The notes under the pieces: generated by a model
Seen by the model: only the letters and a program-made list of their open reading frames with translations
Database searches by the model: none
Told to the model about the DNA's origin: nothing
Translations under genes and position numbers: made by a program
In this document: one piece after another, positions 45,784 through 55,715 of the stretch
Layout of the letters: every line of letters begins with the position of its first letter
Numbering within the stretch: position 1 is the first letter of the stretch
Assembly (NCBI GenBank): GCA_002336915.1
Contig: DDET01000041.1
Location: 9,537-73,536, forward strand
Direction: 5' to 3'
Length of the DNA: 64,000 nt
DNA from: Bacteroidetes bacterium UBA1947
GTDB taxonomy: Bacteria; Bacteroidota; Bacteroidia; Chitinophagales; Chitinophagaceae

Positions 45784-47250
45784 TTACTTTGCTATCTTTT
45801 GTACCTGTAGTGTTTCGGTCACGCCATTTTCGTGCACTACCTTAAGCGTATATAAGCCGCTGAGGGTGTTGCTGATGTCGAGATCTATATTATTACTTCC
45901 TTCACCTACTGTTTTATTCCAACTGTATACCACTTTACCATTCGCATCTATCAGCGACAGTTGTAACTGCTCATTGTTTGCAGTAATACATCTTACCGTT
46001 ATCGATGTACCGCTTACAGGATTAGGGAATACACTGGTGGCAGTCAGCGCCGACCCGCAACCGGATACTATGGTCTTTACTTCACTATATTTTTGTCGAC
46101 CGTCAATGCCCTTATAGGCCAGGCGATAGTAATGCCTGCTGTTATCATTTGTAGCCTGCGTATAGTTTATTTCACCACTCTCACTAAGCTTCCAGGTTTT
46201 TAGCTGTTCAAAATTCTTTCCATCGGCACTGTGTTGCAGTGCAGCATACACCATATCGTGAGAAACGTTGAAAGAAGCAGTTACTATGTTGCTGCAGCTG
46301 CCTTGCTTAACTGTAAAACTGTTAAGCGCAATATCCAGTGGCCCGAATACATCATACTGCAGCACAGCCCTTATCATATATGCTTTTTGGAAACTTGGCC
46401 CGAAATCTTCATTATGTGCCCATCCCGGTATCGGACTTGTTGGCCAGTCCACCCAGGTCTTTCCCAGGGTAAATTTGCTATTGGTCAATCCAACCGCAAG
46501 TGTGCTGTCAAACTCAATCGCTGTAAATGCATACCTGCCTGCGGGCAACATTACCGGTCCACCGTGCATCATCACGTTATATTCCCTTGCAGAATCGTCC
46601 GGGTACAGCAATGTATCTGTTGTGGCCACAATGGTATCCGGCATTCCGGAGGTTGAATCTATGTTCCATATACATAAGGCATATCGCTCACCTGTATACC
46701 CCCGGGCCACTTGCAGGATGATGCTTTTTATAGTCGCCGAATCAAAAAACTCAAACTCATTTCCCAGGTACCCGCCATTACCTGCGCCTATCCCCAGCGA
46801 GCCGACCAATGTATCATTATCCCGGGCATATATTGTGTCTATTATATGTTGGAATTGGTAAACAGTATCATTCAGCGGCAGAAGGTCACTCTCTGCCTGC
46901 AAATGATAATATTTGATCGTGAACATCCCGGTATCCTGGGGCTTCCAGTTGCCTGCTGTGAATGTATCTGTTGCTAATATAGGTAGGCTATCCAGCACCG
47001 GGCTGGTATATAGCCCCACTTGCACTCCGTTCGCATCCAGTACCTTTACTTGCAGCATCACATCATGTATAGTACCCAGCCCGCTGTTGGCGATCACTCC
47101 TCGCAAAGGCAGGGGGGCCGCCTGCGTCAATGGTATCTCTGTATATTGTGATATGATATCTGTACTGCTTACAGATGCATCATAAACTATCTGCGCCTCA
47201 GACCCATATGCAAAACACAGTAAGCCGGCTAATAGTAAGGATCTTTTCAT
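45784..47250 (-). CDS. Hypothetical secreted protein with a T9SS type-A C-terminal sorting domain
   Basis: Signal peptide from MKRSLLLAGLL and the C-terminal VFPNPVSG...LSGLYTLKVV...LQVQKIAK. The body is unrecognised. Confidence 0.75.
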   Translation of the reverse strand: MKRSLLLAGLLCFAYGSEAQIVYDASVSSTDIISQYTEIPLTQAAPLPLRGVIANSGLGTIHDVMLQVKVLDANGVQVGLYTSPVLDSLPILATDTFTAGNWKPQDTGMFTIKYYHLQAESDLLPLNDTVYQFQHIIDTIYARDNDTLVGSLGIGAGNGGYLGNEFEFFDSATIKSIILQVARGYTGERYALCIWNIDSTSGMPDTIVATTDTLLYPDDSAREYNVMMHGGPVMLPAGRYAFTAIEFDSTLAVGLTNSKFTLGKTWVDWPTSPIPGWAHNEDFGPSFQKAYMIRAVLQYDVFGPLDIALNSFTVKQGSCSNIVTASFNVSHDMVYAALQHSADGKNFEQLKTWKLSESGEINYTQATNDNSRHYYRLAYKGIDGRQKYSEVKTIVSGCGSALTATSVFPNPVSGTSITVRCITANNEQLQLSLIDANGKVVYSWNKTVGEGSNNIDLDISNTLSGLYTLKVVHENGVTETLQVQKIAK

Positions 47251-47316
47251 GATAATAACATTTTTTGATTGATCCTTTACCCTCAAAAAAATCATGCCTC
47301 TGTAGACGAATAGAGA

Positions 47317-48204
47317 TTACTTAATTATCATCGACCGCATCGATATTGATCCCATTTCAAACTGGTCGTTAAAGAAATTTACTTCTTCTCCTTTTTGCTT
47401 CATCCCCAGAGTATAGAAAATGGGCAATAAATGGTCGTAAGTAGGATGGGCCATTGCTGCGGTATTGCCAAGCTTTTTTTGATAATCCAGGATAGACGCT
47501 GTATCACCTGCCTTTATCCATTCTGTGAACCGGGTATCAAATTCCTGCGCCCAGTCATACACTTCTGTGCCGCCGTTCCAGTTCACCTTGCCTAAATTAT
47601 GCACCAGGTTGCCGCTGCCTATTATCAGCACACCTTTATCACGTAGCTTACGCAGTTGTTTGCCTATTTCATAGTGATATGCCGGCGGCTGGTAATAGTC
47701 AAGACTAAGCTGGAACACCGGTATATCCGCCGCAGGATACATCGGCATAAGCACACTCCATGTGCCATGGTCCAGCCCCCATTTATCATCACCTGCTACA
47801 TGTGAGTAAGTAATAAGTTCTTTGGCAAGTGCAGCCATTTCAGGACTTCCCGGTGCAGGATATTGCGCATCGAACAGCTCTTTAGGAAAACCCCCAAAAT
47901 CATGTATCGTTTCAGGATGCGTATTGGTTGTCACCTTAGTACCCTTCGTTATCCAGTGCGCCGATATGGAAAGTATAGCCTGCGGCCTCGGTAGTTTCTT
48001 GCCCAGTTCCTGCCAGCTTTTATGCCATGCATTATCAGTTATCGCGTTCATCGGGTTGCCATGTCCTATGAACAATGCAGGCATGCGCTCTGCGGCATGC
48101 AAATTATTTTCGAGCGCCTTTAGCGCAGATAGTGCGGACATATTTATGAGTTGTGACATGGCCAATACGCCACCCGCTTTTATAAATTTTCGACGTTGCA
48201 TCAA
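47317..48204 (-). CDS. 4,5-DOPA dioxygenase extradiol-like (LigB/YgiD family) with a twin-arginine signal
   Basis: Tat motif QRRKFIKAG, then FIGHGNPMNA...HW...HP and DHG.W in LigB-type class III extradiol dioxygenase order. Confidence 0.85.
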   Translation of the reverse strand: MMQRRKFIKAGGVLAMSQLINMSALSALKALENNLHAAERMPALFIGHGNPMNAITDNAWHKSWQELGKKLPRPQAILSISAHWITKGTKVTTNTHPETIHDFGGFPKELFDAQYPAPGSPEMAALAKELITYSHVAGDDKWGLDHGTWSVLMPMYPAADIPVFQLSLDYYQPPAYHYEIGKQLRKLRDKGVLIIGSGNLVHNLGKVNWNGGTEVYDWAQEFDTRFTEWIKAGDTASILDYQKKLGNTAAMAHPTYDHLLPIFYTLGMKQKGEEVNFFNDQFEMGSISMRSMIIK

Positions 48205-48459
48205 CCATGTTCTTATACTGCAAGTTACGCCATCAAAGCAGCCTTTGCCAAATCAAAAACGCAATGCTGCAATAACTCAAATTTACAATACATGTATATA
48301 CATTCAATTTAGTTTTTTAATTGGGCTTCTCTATGTGCAGGCCACAGAGTGGCCGCATGTTAATAGTCGGCAGGAGCTATGAAATCGCTAGTTCCATAGC
48401 AGCCGCATGTACCCGCGCAGGGCCACTGTGTAATATCCAATGCTGTATATTGTGTACTA

Positions 48460-48843
48460 ATGCTTCACCTGCTCGATATACTGCTGAACATTATCCGCGC
48501 CTGCATCATCCTCTTTTGCATTACGGGCTGGGCCTGGCGTCGCACACAGGTAGCCCATTTCATACTCATTGCCTTCATCTTTGCCTCATGGTTCATTCTT
48601 GGTATATGCAAGGGCTGGGGCTACTGTCTCTTGACCGACCTTCACTGGCAGCTAAAAACGAAACTCGGTGAGCAAAACCTACCTAATTCCTTTATCAAGT
48701 ATGCGGTTGATAAAATATCCGGCCGCGACATCGACGCATCGCTTATCGATAAGGTAGCTATCGCCTGCTTTCTCGCCGCCACTCTTTTTGCCATTATCAA
48801 TTTCATCCGCTACCTCAAAAGGCAAAGGGCCGTCACGCATTAG
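48460..48843 (+). CDS. DUF2784-like small membrane protein
   Basis: Three or four TM helices with the GWGYCLLTDLHWQL motif I associate with DUF2784. Confidence 0.65.
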   Translation: MLHLLDILLNIIRACIILFCITGWAWRRTQVAHFILIAFIFASWFILGICKGWGYCLLTDLHWQLKTKLGEQNLPNSFIKYAVDKISGRDIDASLIDKVAIACFLAATLFAIINFIRYLKRQRAVTH

Positions 48844-48876
48844 CGGACAGCCCTTTTATGAAGTATTTGCCCATGC

Positions 48877-50439
48877 TTATTGCACAGCCAGTTTCCTGGT
48901 TATGCTTCCTGCTTTAGTATCTATGGTAATAAAGTATACACCCGGCGATATGCCGCTCATATTTACTTTCGCCTGCAATGCATTCAGCTCATTTAGTGAT
49001 CTTATAATGCGCCCTGTAATATCAGACACCTTTATCGACGATATTGCTATCCCATTGCTCTCCACGTTCACATCTCCCGATGTAGGGTTCGGGAATATTT
49101 TCATATCGTTTACCGAAAGCGTAGTCTGGTTTACGCCGGCAGCCCATAAAGGCAGGCCCAGGCAGCGTTGCAGGCGTGGATTCAGATAGTTCATTATCGT
49201 ATCTATATATTTAAGGGCTTTCGTCTTACTCATGTTCCAGTTGGTAGCCAACGCGTTATGATATATCGAATCGCAATGTGCTACTGTATAGTTATAAGGG
49301 GGGGCGGTACCTACAGTTACTGTAGCCGTTGAATCGAACCATTCCCATGGGCTGCCTTCTGTACTGTCAGTAACCAAAGGGAACCAGCCATCAGCACCAC
49401 CGTTCACGGCATTTGCCCTTGCCGTATATGCATCGTTGTATGCCGGAGGAGGCAGGAAGCAGTTGTTATTCCCCAAAGCATTAGCCCTGGGTATCACCCA
49501 GCCGCCGCCATATACATATACCACTGCCTGGTTCACGACAGGCACATAAACCATGCCCTGGATATAAGGTGCAAAGGGGTCTGTGGGGCAATGAAAAGAG
49601 ATCATTGGTGCATCACCAGCTGTCAGCCAACTGCTGTCACCAAGGGCGCCGCCCAGGTTGAATGCGAACTGAACATTGTTAGTATGCCCCAGTGAGTTGT
49701 TATCATAGTTATACGTAGCAGAACCACCATGACCATCTATATCACCCATAGCCGCTGTATTGATGTAACAAAAGCCTGCTTGCAGGCCATAAGTTGGATC
49801 AGTAGTGCTGCTGATGAATTTAGCCAGCTGCAGTTGAGCAGAATCATGAAGCGTCACATAGTTAAGAGCCATATAGCCGCCGGTACCCTGGCCACCCATG
49901 ATTATCTTGGTGCTGTCTATTTTGTAAGTGTTTGCACCTGCGGCATCTGCTTTGAAGAAGCGTACCGCGGCTTTGGCATCCTGTATGGAACGGTAAACCG
50001 CCTGCAAGAGGCTTCCGCACCTGATATCTACTGTGCTGCCGTATGGATTCCAGCCCATGCGGTAGTCAATATTAGCTACGACATAACCGCGGCGTGCAAA
50101 TTGCTTACAAATTTCCACTGTAGCGCTGTCAAAACGGCTGCCGGTAGGCGATCCATTGATCAGTGCAGGTATGTAGCTGCCGGTATGCATGAAAACGATA
50201 AGCGGCCTGGCTGGCATTGGGTCTGCCATCCCTCCCGGTTCATATACATCCATTTTTAGGTCTATCAAACCCGGGGCGGCGGGGAATATCGAAATGTTCT
50301 TACCGTACGTAACATTCAGCGTACTTGTCGCTGTCGGGAATATCTCGCTAATAAACCGCTGGGCGTTTACTAACGAACTCATGGCCATTGCCACGATAAA
50401 TAAGTAAATGTACTTCCGCATATTCGTAGTTTTAGTCAA
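48877..50439 (-). CDS. Alpha/beta-hydrolase-fold (esterase-like) protein with a T9SS type-A C-terminal sorting domain
   Basis: Signal peptide. VFMHTGSY sits where the HGGG oxyanion motif would be, and GGQGTGG where the nucleophile elbow would be. The C-terminus is IFPNPTSG...ISPGVYFITI...RKLAVQ. Confidence 0.78.
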   Translation of the reverse strand: MTKTTNMRKYIYLFIVAMAMSSLVNAQRFISEIFPTATSTLNVTYGKNISIFPAAPGLIDLKMDVYEPGGMADPMPARPLIVFMHTGSYIPALINGSPTGSRFDSATVEICKQFARRGYVVANIDYRMGWNPYGSTVDIRCGSLLQAVYRSIQDAKAAVRFFKADAAGANTYKIDSTKIIMGGQGTGGYMALNYVTLHDSAQLQLAKFISSTTDPTYGLQAGFCYINTAAMGDIDGHGGSATYNYDNNSLGHTNNVQFAFNLGGALGDSSWLTAGDAPMISFHCPTDPFAPYIQGMVYVPVVNQAVVYVYGGGWVIPRANALGNNNCFLPPPAYNDAYTARANAVNGGADGWFPLVTDSTEGSPWEWFDSTATVTVGTAPPYNYTVAHCDSIYHNALATNWNMSKTKALKYIDTIMNYLNPRLQRCLGLPLWAAGVNQTTLSVNDMKIFPNPTSGDVNVESNGIAISSIKVSDITGRIIRSLNELNALQAKVNMSGISPGVYFITIDTKAGSITRKLAVQ

Positions 50440-50484
50440 TTAAAGATAATAAAACTTTTAATTTTAATATTTAAACGCGAGATT

Positions 50485-53277
50485 TTACATATTATTTAAC
50501 TCTATCAATAGAGACACATAAGCCACACGTCCCACCCTGGGGCCTCCGTATACTTCATAATGCATTGTATTCAATACATTACTTGCTCCAAGCTTTAGGG
50601 TCGAGTACATTCTTGGGAAACGCCTGTTCACTTGTGCGTCTATTAGTCCATAACTGTCTATATGCCCGGTAAATTGGGGCGAGCCCTCAAAATCAAAGCC
50701 CTGCACCCATTTGTAATTCACATTAAAACCCCAATGCTTTAGGTCCCTGGCGTTGAAACCAACATTGAATTTGTTTTCCGGTGTATTATAAGCAGGTATC
50801 AGTGGATCTGTGGATCCATGCCTGTCTAGTTTGTTATAAGAATAGTTGGTGATCACTGCAAAGTACTTACCTATATAGTAGTTAAGCCCCAGCGACAGAC
50901 CCATCGTTGTCACCTGGTCTATGGAATTGCTGGCCACCCTGTATGCATTATTGTAGATTATCTCAGGTGCCCCGCTATGCCTCAGCGTATCTACAGACAG
51001 GCCTATCTTATAGCCGATGAAATCTTTGTACCAGCTATAGTATGCACCCAGGTCTACATACAGCCTGCTGAACAACGTTCCCCTGTAGCCCACTTCTATT
51101 GTCTTCACTTTTTCGGGCACTACCGGCTTCACATTGAAGTATTCCAGCGAGTCGAAATTGATATTCGCATCAAATGCCTTGATAAGAGAGGGCACGGTCA
51201 CCAGGTTATTAAATCCATTCCTGTTGCCTATTAGTATTGCCCTGCCAGTTTGGTAATAAAGGTACTGGTCGGCAAGTGTGGGATTGCGTATCGCACTCGA
51301 GAATGATACACGCACATATTGCTCTTTTGCGGGCTGATATACCAGCGAGGCGGCCGGCGAGAACAGGAAGGGAAAATTCTGGTTCTTGTCCATCCTCATC
51401 GTTACGTTGGCCTTCAGCTTGTCATTCAGCAATCTTTTCTCCGCACCTGCATATACCCCAAATTCCCAGTTCCGGATAGTTGCTCCATTTGTATCTGCGA
51501 ATATGGTGCCCTGCGAATTAGGGGCGTACAGCCTGAAGTTGGCACCCGTTGTTATGTCACAAAATGCGGGCGTGAATTTATACTCGGCTTGGGCATGGTA
51601 TAGCGCCGAATGATCGTAGAACATAGAACCCTTTTGCCCGTATGTCTTTCTCGATGTGATCCCTGCAAATGCAGTATCAAATTCATGCGTACCCGGCGCA
51701 AAATAGGGCTTGTCATTGGGTACTCTTTTTGTATCGCCCACACCGTTTGCGTATTCCTGTGTCTGCGCATGCCATAGTGCGAGTGTATCATAGTAGTTGT
51801 TGAAGGCAAAAGCATTAAGGTCCGATAACCATTGAATATATGGCGCCCCGAATACGGTTGGCTGCGGCGGAGCCCCCGGCAGTGCCTTTATGCGTGCCAG
51901 CCTGTCTGTCCTTGCCCACTCGTTCTCATAATCCTGCACCCAGTGGTCGTTCGATTTTGCTTCGCTCTGCAATTGCAGTGCAGTGAAATAAGCATCGTAT
52001 GAGTTCCCTGCATTTTCATTAGTAGCATATGCCCTAATGAACCACTTGTTCTCATGCCTTATCTCTATCCTGTTTTGCAGCAGGAAGATGTCTTTAAGCA
52101 TATATCGGTTATCACCCTGGTATATCGTAGTGCCGCTGCCCAGGTTCGATGCCAGTATGGCTTCTGTCTTCGGTGTTATTTTATAATGCATGGCCAGGCC
52201 CGCCTTCACATTATGCATGTTATAGTCTACAAGGTCCTTTTCTTCTTAGCCCTTCCGGTTAAAGGTACCAAGGCCTATATACGATCCCGGCGCGTTTCTG
52301 AAATCAGTGCCCGTTATAAACTCATCCCCGTAGGTATTTACTGCATCATAGCCTCCCGGGTTGTGTTCGCCCGTTAGCGATTGTGGGGTAGCACTCTTGT
52401 TATCTGCAGCCCAGTCCTTTGCGCGCAGGTAGTACAGGTTCACCTTGTAGCCGAATTTCTGCTCGCCTTTTTTATTCTTAAACACCTGTGCCCAGCGCAG
52501 CGCGCCTTCAAACATATCGCGCTCACCCGCCTTCAGGCTCACCTCGAGTCCGGGCTTATCAAAGGGGCTGCGACTATTGATGCTGATCACACCATTAAAG
52601 GCATTCGGCCCGTAAAATGCCGAGCTGGCACCCACTATCAGTTCCACCTTCTGCACATCCAGTTCACTTGCGCCCAAAAAATTGCCCAGCGAAAAATTCA
52701 GTCCCGGGCTCTGGTTGTCCACCCCGTCAATAAGCTGCAGTGAGCGCACCGGAGATGTGCTGCTGAAACCGCGCGTATTCAACACCTTAAAACCAAAGCT
52801 GGCCGATGCAAGGTCCACGCCTTTTAGCTGCCCCAGCCCTTCGTAGAAGTTCACCGCAGGTGTTTCCTTTATACCTATCCTGCTCATCGACTCCACTGTC
52901 AGTGGCGACTCTTTTTGTTTCTCCGTTATACGGTTGCCCAGCACATTTACATCGCTCAGCTGCACCTCGCTGCTTTGCAGCCTTACCGTAATTCTTTTAG
53001 AATTTTTTACCACTATTTCCTGGCTCGTATAGCTTATGTAAGAAACCACTACCGTCAGCGGGAAAGCCTCATTCGTCCGTATCAGGAATTTACCATTCTC
53101 ATCAGTCACGGTCCCGTTTTGCGTACCCTTTACCACTACGTTCACGCCCACGAGCGGATCATTGCTCTGCAGGTCTTTTACCAGGCCGTTAATTTCTTGC
53201 TGTGCAAAAACCGGTTGAGATAACGATGCTAAGAATAGGGAAATAAAAAGAGAGAAAGTGTAATGGTATATCCTCAT
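50485..53277 (-). pseudogene. TonB-dependent receptor interrupted by a single in-frame TAA (listed ORFs 52246..53277 and 50485..52218)
   Basis: The N-terminal ORF holds the signal peptide, CarboxypepD_reg and Plug. The C-terminal ORF is the barrel. Both are in the same frame, reading ...GTFNRKG-TAA-EEKDLVDYNMHNVKAGL..., with the stop at 52246-52248. Confidence 0.8.
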
Positions 53278-53450
53278 ATATTACCGGTTATACAAACTTA
53301 TATAAAATCCGGTACATTTTATAATTACGCAGGCATCAGGCGGGCAGGGGTTTTCCACAGTTGTGGGTATCTTTTATCGCCTGTAAAATGTGGATATCTT
53401 CATTTGGAGCAGCAATCGTCCTTTGTATCTTAGTAGCAGCATCCAGCATC

Positions 53451-54062
53451 ATGTCCACCCCCATATATTTAGAACAGCTCTCCAAAGACAAAAAGCTACT
53501 TAGGCTCATCAACGCCATACCGCCATTTAAGTTGAAAAAGCGGAAGAATATCTGCCTGCGCCTGTGCGCCTCCATCATGAGCCAGCAGCTATCCACCAAA
53601 GTAGCCAAGGTCATCTACGAGCGCTTCCTGGAGCTCTACGATGGTGGCGAGCCTACCCCGCAGCAGATCGTAGATACACCTCCTGCCACCCTGCGCGCCA
53701 TTGGCCTCTCCAATGCAAAGGTCAGCTATGTGCAGAATGTGGCCCGCTACGCCATAGAGCACAACATTACCGACAAGATGCTCTATAAAATGAGCAATGA
53801 AGAAGTCCTCGATTTCCTCACCCCCATAAAAGGGGTCGGCCGCTGGACGGTGGAGATGATGCTCATGTTCACCCTTGGTCGCGAGGATATTTTCGCCCCC
53901 GATGACCTCGGCATTCAACAGGGCATGATACAGCTTTACAAGCTGGACCCCACAGATAAAAAAGCCCTGCGCGAAAAAATGTTGAAAATATCGGCCAAAT
54001 GGAGCCCCTACCGCACTTATGCATGCATGTACCTCTGGCGCTATAAAGATGCAGGCATATAA
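53451..54062 (+). CDS. DNA-3-methyladenine glycosylase II-like (HhH-GPD superfamily, AlkA-type)
   Basis: A helix-hairpin-helix plus GVGRWTVEMMLMF...D motif typical of HhH-GPD glycosylases. The start was set at MSTPIYLEQ. Confidence 0.83.
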   Translation: MSTPIYLEQLSKDKKLLRLINAIPPFKLKKRKNICLRLCASIMSQQLSTKVAKVIYERFLELYDGGEPTPQQIVDTPPATLRAIGLSNAKVSYVQNVARYAIEHNITDKMLYKMSNEEVLDFLTPIKGVGRWTVEMMLMFTLGREDIFAPDDLGIQQGMIQLYKLDPTDKKALREKMLKISAKWSPYRTYACMYLWRYKDAGI

Positions 54063-54101
54063 GCGCAAGGCTAAAAGCGTAATTTAGCCCCCCCGGCACA
54101 A

Positions 54102-54758
54102 ATGCGGATAAAAGACCACTATAAAACATTGGGCGTACCCACAACGGCAAGCGCACAGGATATTAAAAATGCCTGGCGCAAGCTCGCCTTCCAATACCAC
54201 CCCGACCAGAACCCCGGAAATGCATTTGCCGAGGCCAATTTTAAGGAACTTCAGGAAGCCTACTCGATATTATCAAACAACAACAAACGCCGGAAATATG
54301 ACGAGGAAAGATGGCTGGCCGGCATGGGTAGCAAAGCACGTCATCAGCAAGCCATCACTCCCCAATGGATATTGGCAGAATGCCAAAAGCTGAGCCGCCA
54401 TATGGCCACCGTTGATACCTACCGCATGAGCCACCGCTCCCTGCGCGACTATATCTTCCTCCTGCTATCGGACGCGCATATAGGCGTGCTGCTGCACCAT
54501 AATGAGCCTGCCACCAATACCGCCATAGTACAGGAATTACTGAAGGCTACCCACAGCCTGCAGTACGAATATATGCGGGAAATTGCCGCTCCGCTACGGC
54601 AGTTGGCAGGCACCGACGAGGCCTTGCAAAGTCTCATCACACGCACAATTGACAGGCATAGAAAACAGGCAGGCATAGATAAATATTTTACCATTTTTAT
54701 CCTTGCAGCCGCGCTGGCACTGGCCTTGCTCATGTACCTCTACGGTCGCCGCAGGTAA
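54102..54758 (+). CDS. J-domain (DnaJ-like) protein with a C-terminal TM anchor
   Basis: DHYKTLGV...DIKNAWRKLAFQYHPDQNPGN (HPD motif) and a C-terminal hydrophobic helix (FTIFILAAALALALLMYLY). Confidence 0.85.
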   Translation: MRIKDHYKTLGVPTTASAQDIKNAWRKLAFQYHPDQNPGNAFAEANFKELQEAYSILSNNNKRRKYDEERWLAGMGSKARHQQAITPQWILAECQKLSRHMATVDTYRMSHRSLRDYIFLLLSDAHIGVLLHHNEPATNTAIVQELLKATHSLQYEYMREIAAPLRQLAGTDEALQSLITRTIDRHRKQAGIDKYFTIFILAAALALALLMYLYGRRR

Positions 54759-54859
54759 GCAGGCTTGACAATAGCGGGGAAAAAACCTATATTGTATGCT
54801 TAATATGCCCTTATTTTAAAAAGGATATACTATCTTTAAGCGTTTAATTGACAAAAAAG

Positions 54860-55114
54860 ATGAAAAAAACATTACTATTACTTTGTGCCTTCTCTGTTCT
54901 TGCATTCTCATGCAAGAAGAAAGAAACATTTTGCTGGTTTTGTGTAAACACTTATTCATACCCGGATAACCCTCCCTATGGCGCTCACACAGCCTTCGAC
55001 ACTTCATGGCAGTGCAATATGAGCGAGGAAGAAATATTGAATTTTGCAGCCCAGTACCCCGAGCAGCATTTTAGTACTTATACCAAGTACGCTATGACCT
55101 GCGCAAGGTATTAA
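54860..55114 (+). CDS. Small Cys-containing lipoprotein, hypothetical
   Basis: MKKTLLLLCAFSVLAFSC signal peptide with lipobox. The mature part has 5 further Cys residues. A terminator follows. Confidence 0.5.
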   Translation: MKKTLLLLCAFSVLAFSCKKKETFCWFCVNTYSYPDNPPYGAHTAFDTSWQCNMSEEEILNFAAQYPEQHFSTYTKYAMTCARY

Positions 55115-55143
55115 CCATACTTAGTAAGTATTTTAAAGATAAG

Positions 55144-55172
55144 CAGCCAGGCTATCGCCCGGCTGTTTTTTT
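55144..55172 (+). terminator. Rho-independent terminator
   Basis: cagccagg-ctatcg-cccggctg (one mismatch) followed by ttttttt. Confidence 0.6.
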
Positions 55173-55677
55173 ATTCCCTGAAGCCAAGCTTGAGTTTTAA
55201 TTCTTCCACCACATTGTATATGATCGGGCAGCTGCCATAATGCAGCATAGTGCCGGGAAGGCGTTCCTTAAAACCCGGCTTATGTAAATGCGGGAAATCA
55301 CGGCACTCGGTAAAACGCCCCTCATAAATAGTGCACTTCTTGTCTGCAAAAAAATGGCAGGGTACGGAGTTGATGAAGCAAGCTCCGGCCAGGCTCTCTT
55401 CTATATATTGCTCCTTTACGGCAGCTACAGGCATATCCAGGTACACAGCAAGGCCGTCTATCTCCTGTCTGGTAATATTTACAACAAGTGTACTGCAGCA
55501 ATTGCCGCATGCAGTACAGTTTATAGCCGCGCTCACTTCCCTGTTCAGCGCATGCACAATATCATCCAGTGCGGCACCCGGTTGCAATGTTATAAATTGC
55601 AGGAAGGCACTGTTCTCTTCCTCTTTATTTACCAGCTCCTCTGCAATGAAAGGCAGGTCTATTTTATACTTATCCAA
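55171..55677 (-). CDS. YkgJ-family cysteine-cluster protein (UPF0153, putative Fe-S/Zn binding)
   Basis: CTACGNCC cluster followed later by a C...C...C pattern (CHFFADKKCTIYEGRFTEC). Confidence 0.78.
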   Translation of the reverse strand: MDKYKIDLPFIAEELVNKEEENSAFLQFITLQPGAALDDIVHALNREVSAAINCTACGNCCSTLVVNITRQEIDGLAVYLDMPVAAVKEQYIEESLAGACFINSVPCHFFADKKCTIYEGRFTECRDFPHLHKPGFKERLPGTMLHYGSCPIIYNVVEELKLKLGFRE

Positions 55678-55715
55678 TGGTGCTTATTCTTGTACACAAA
55701 GCTACCGCTATTAAT

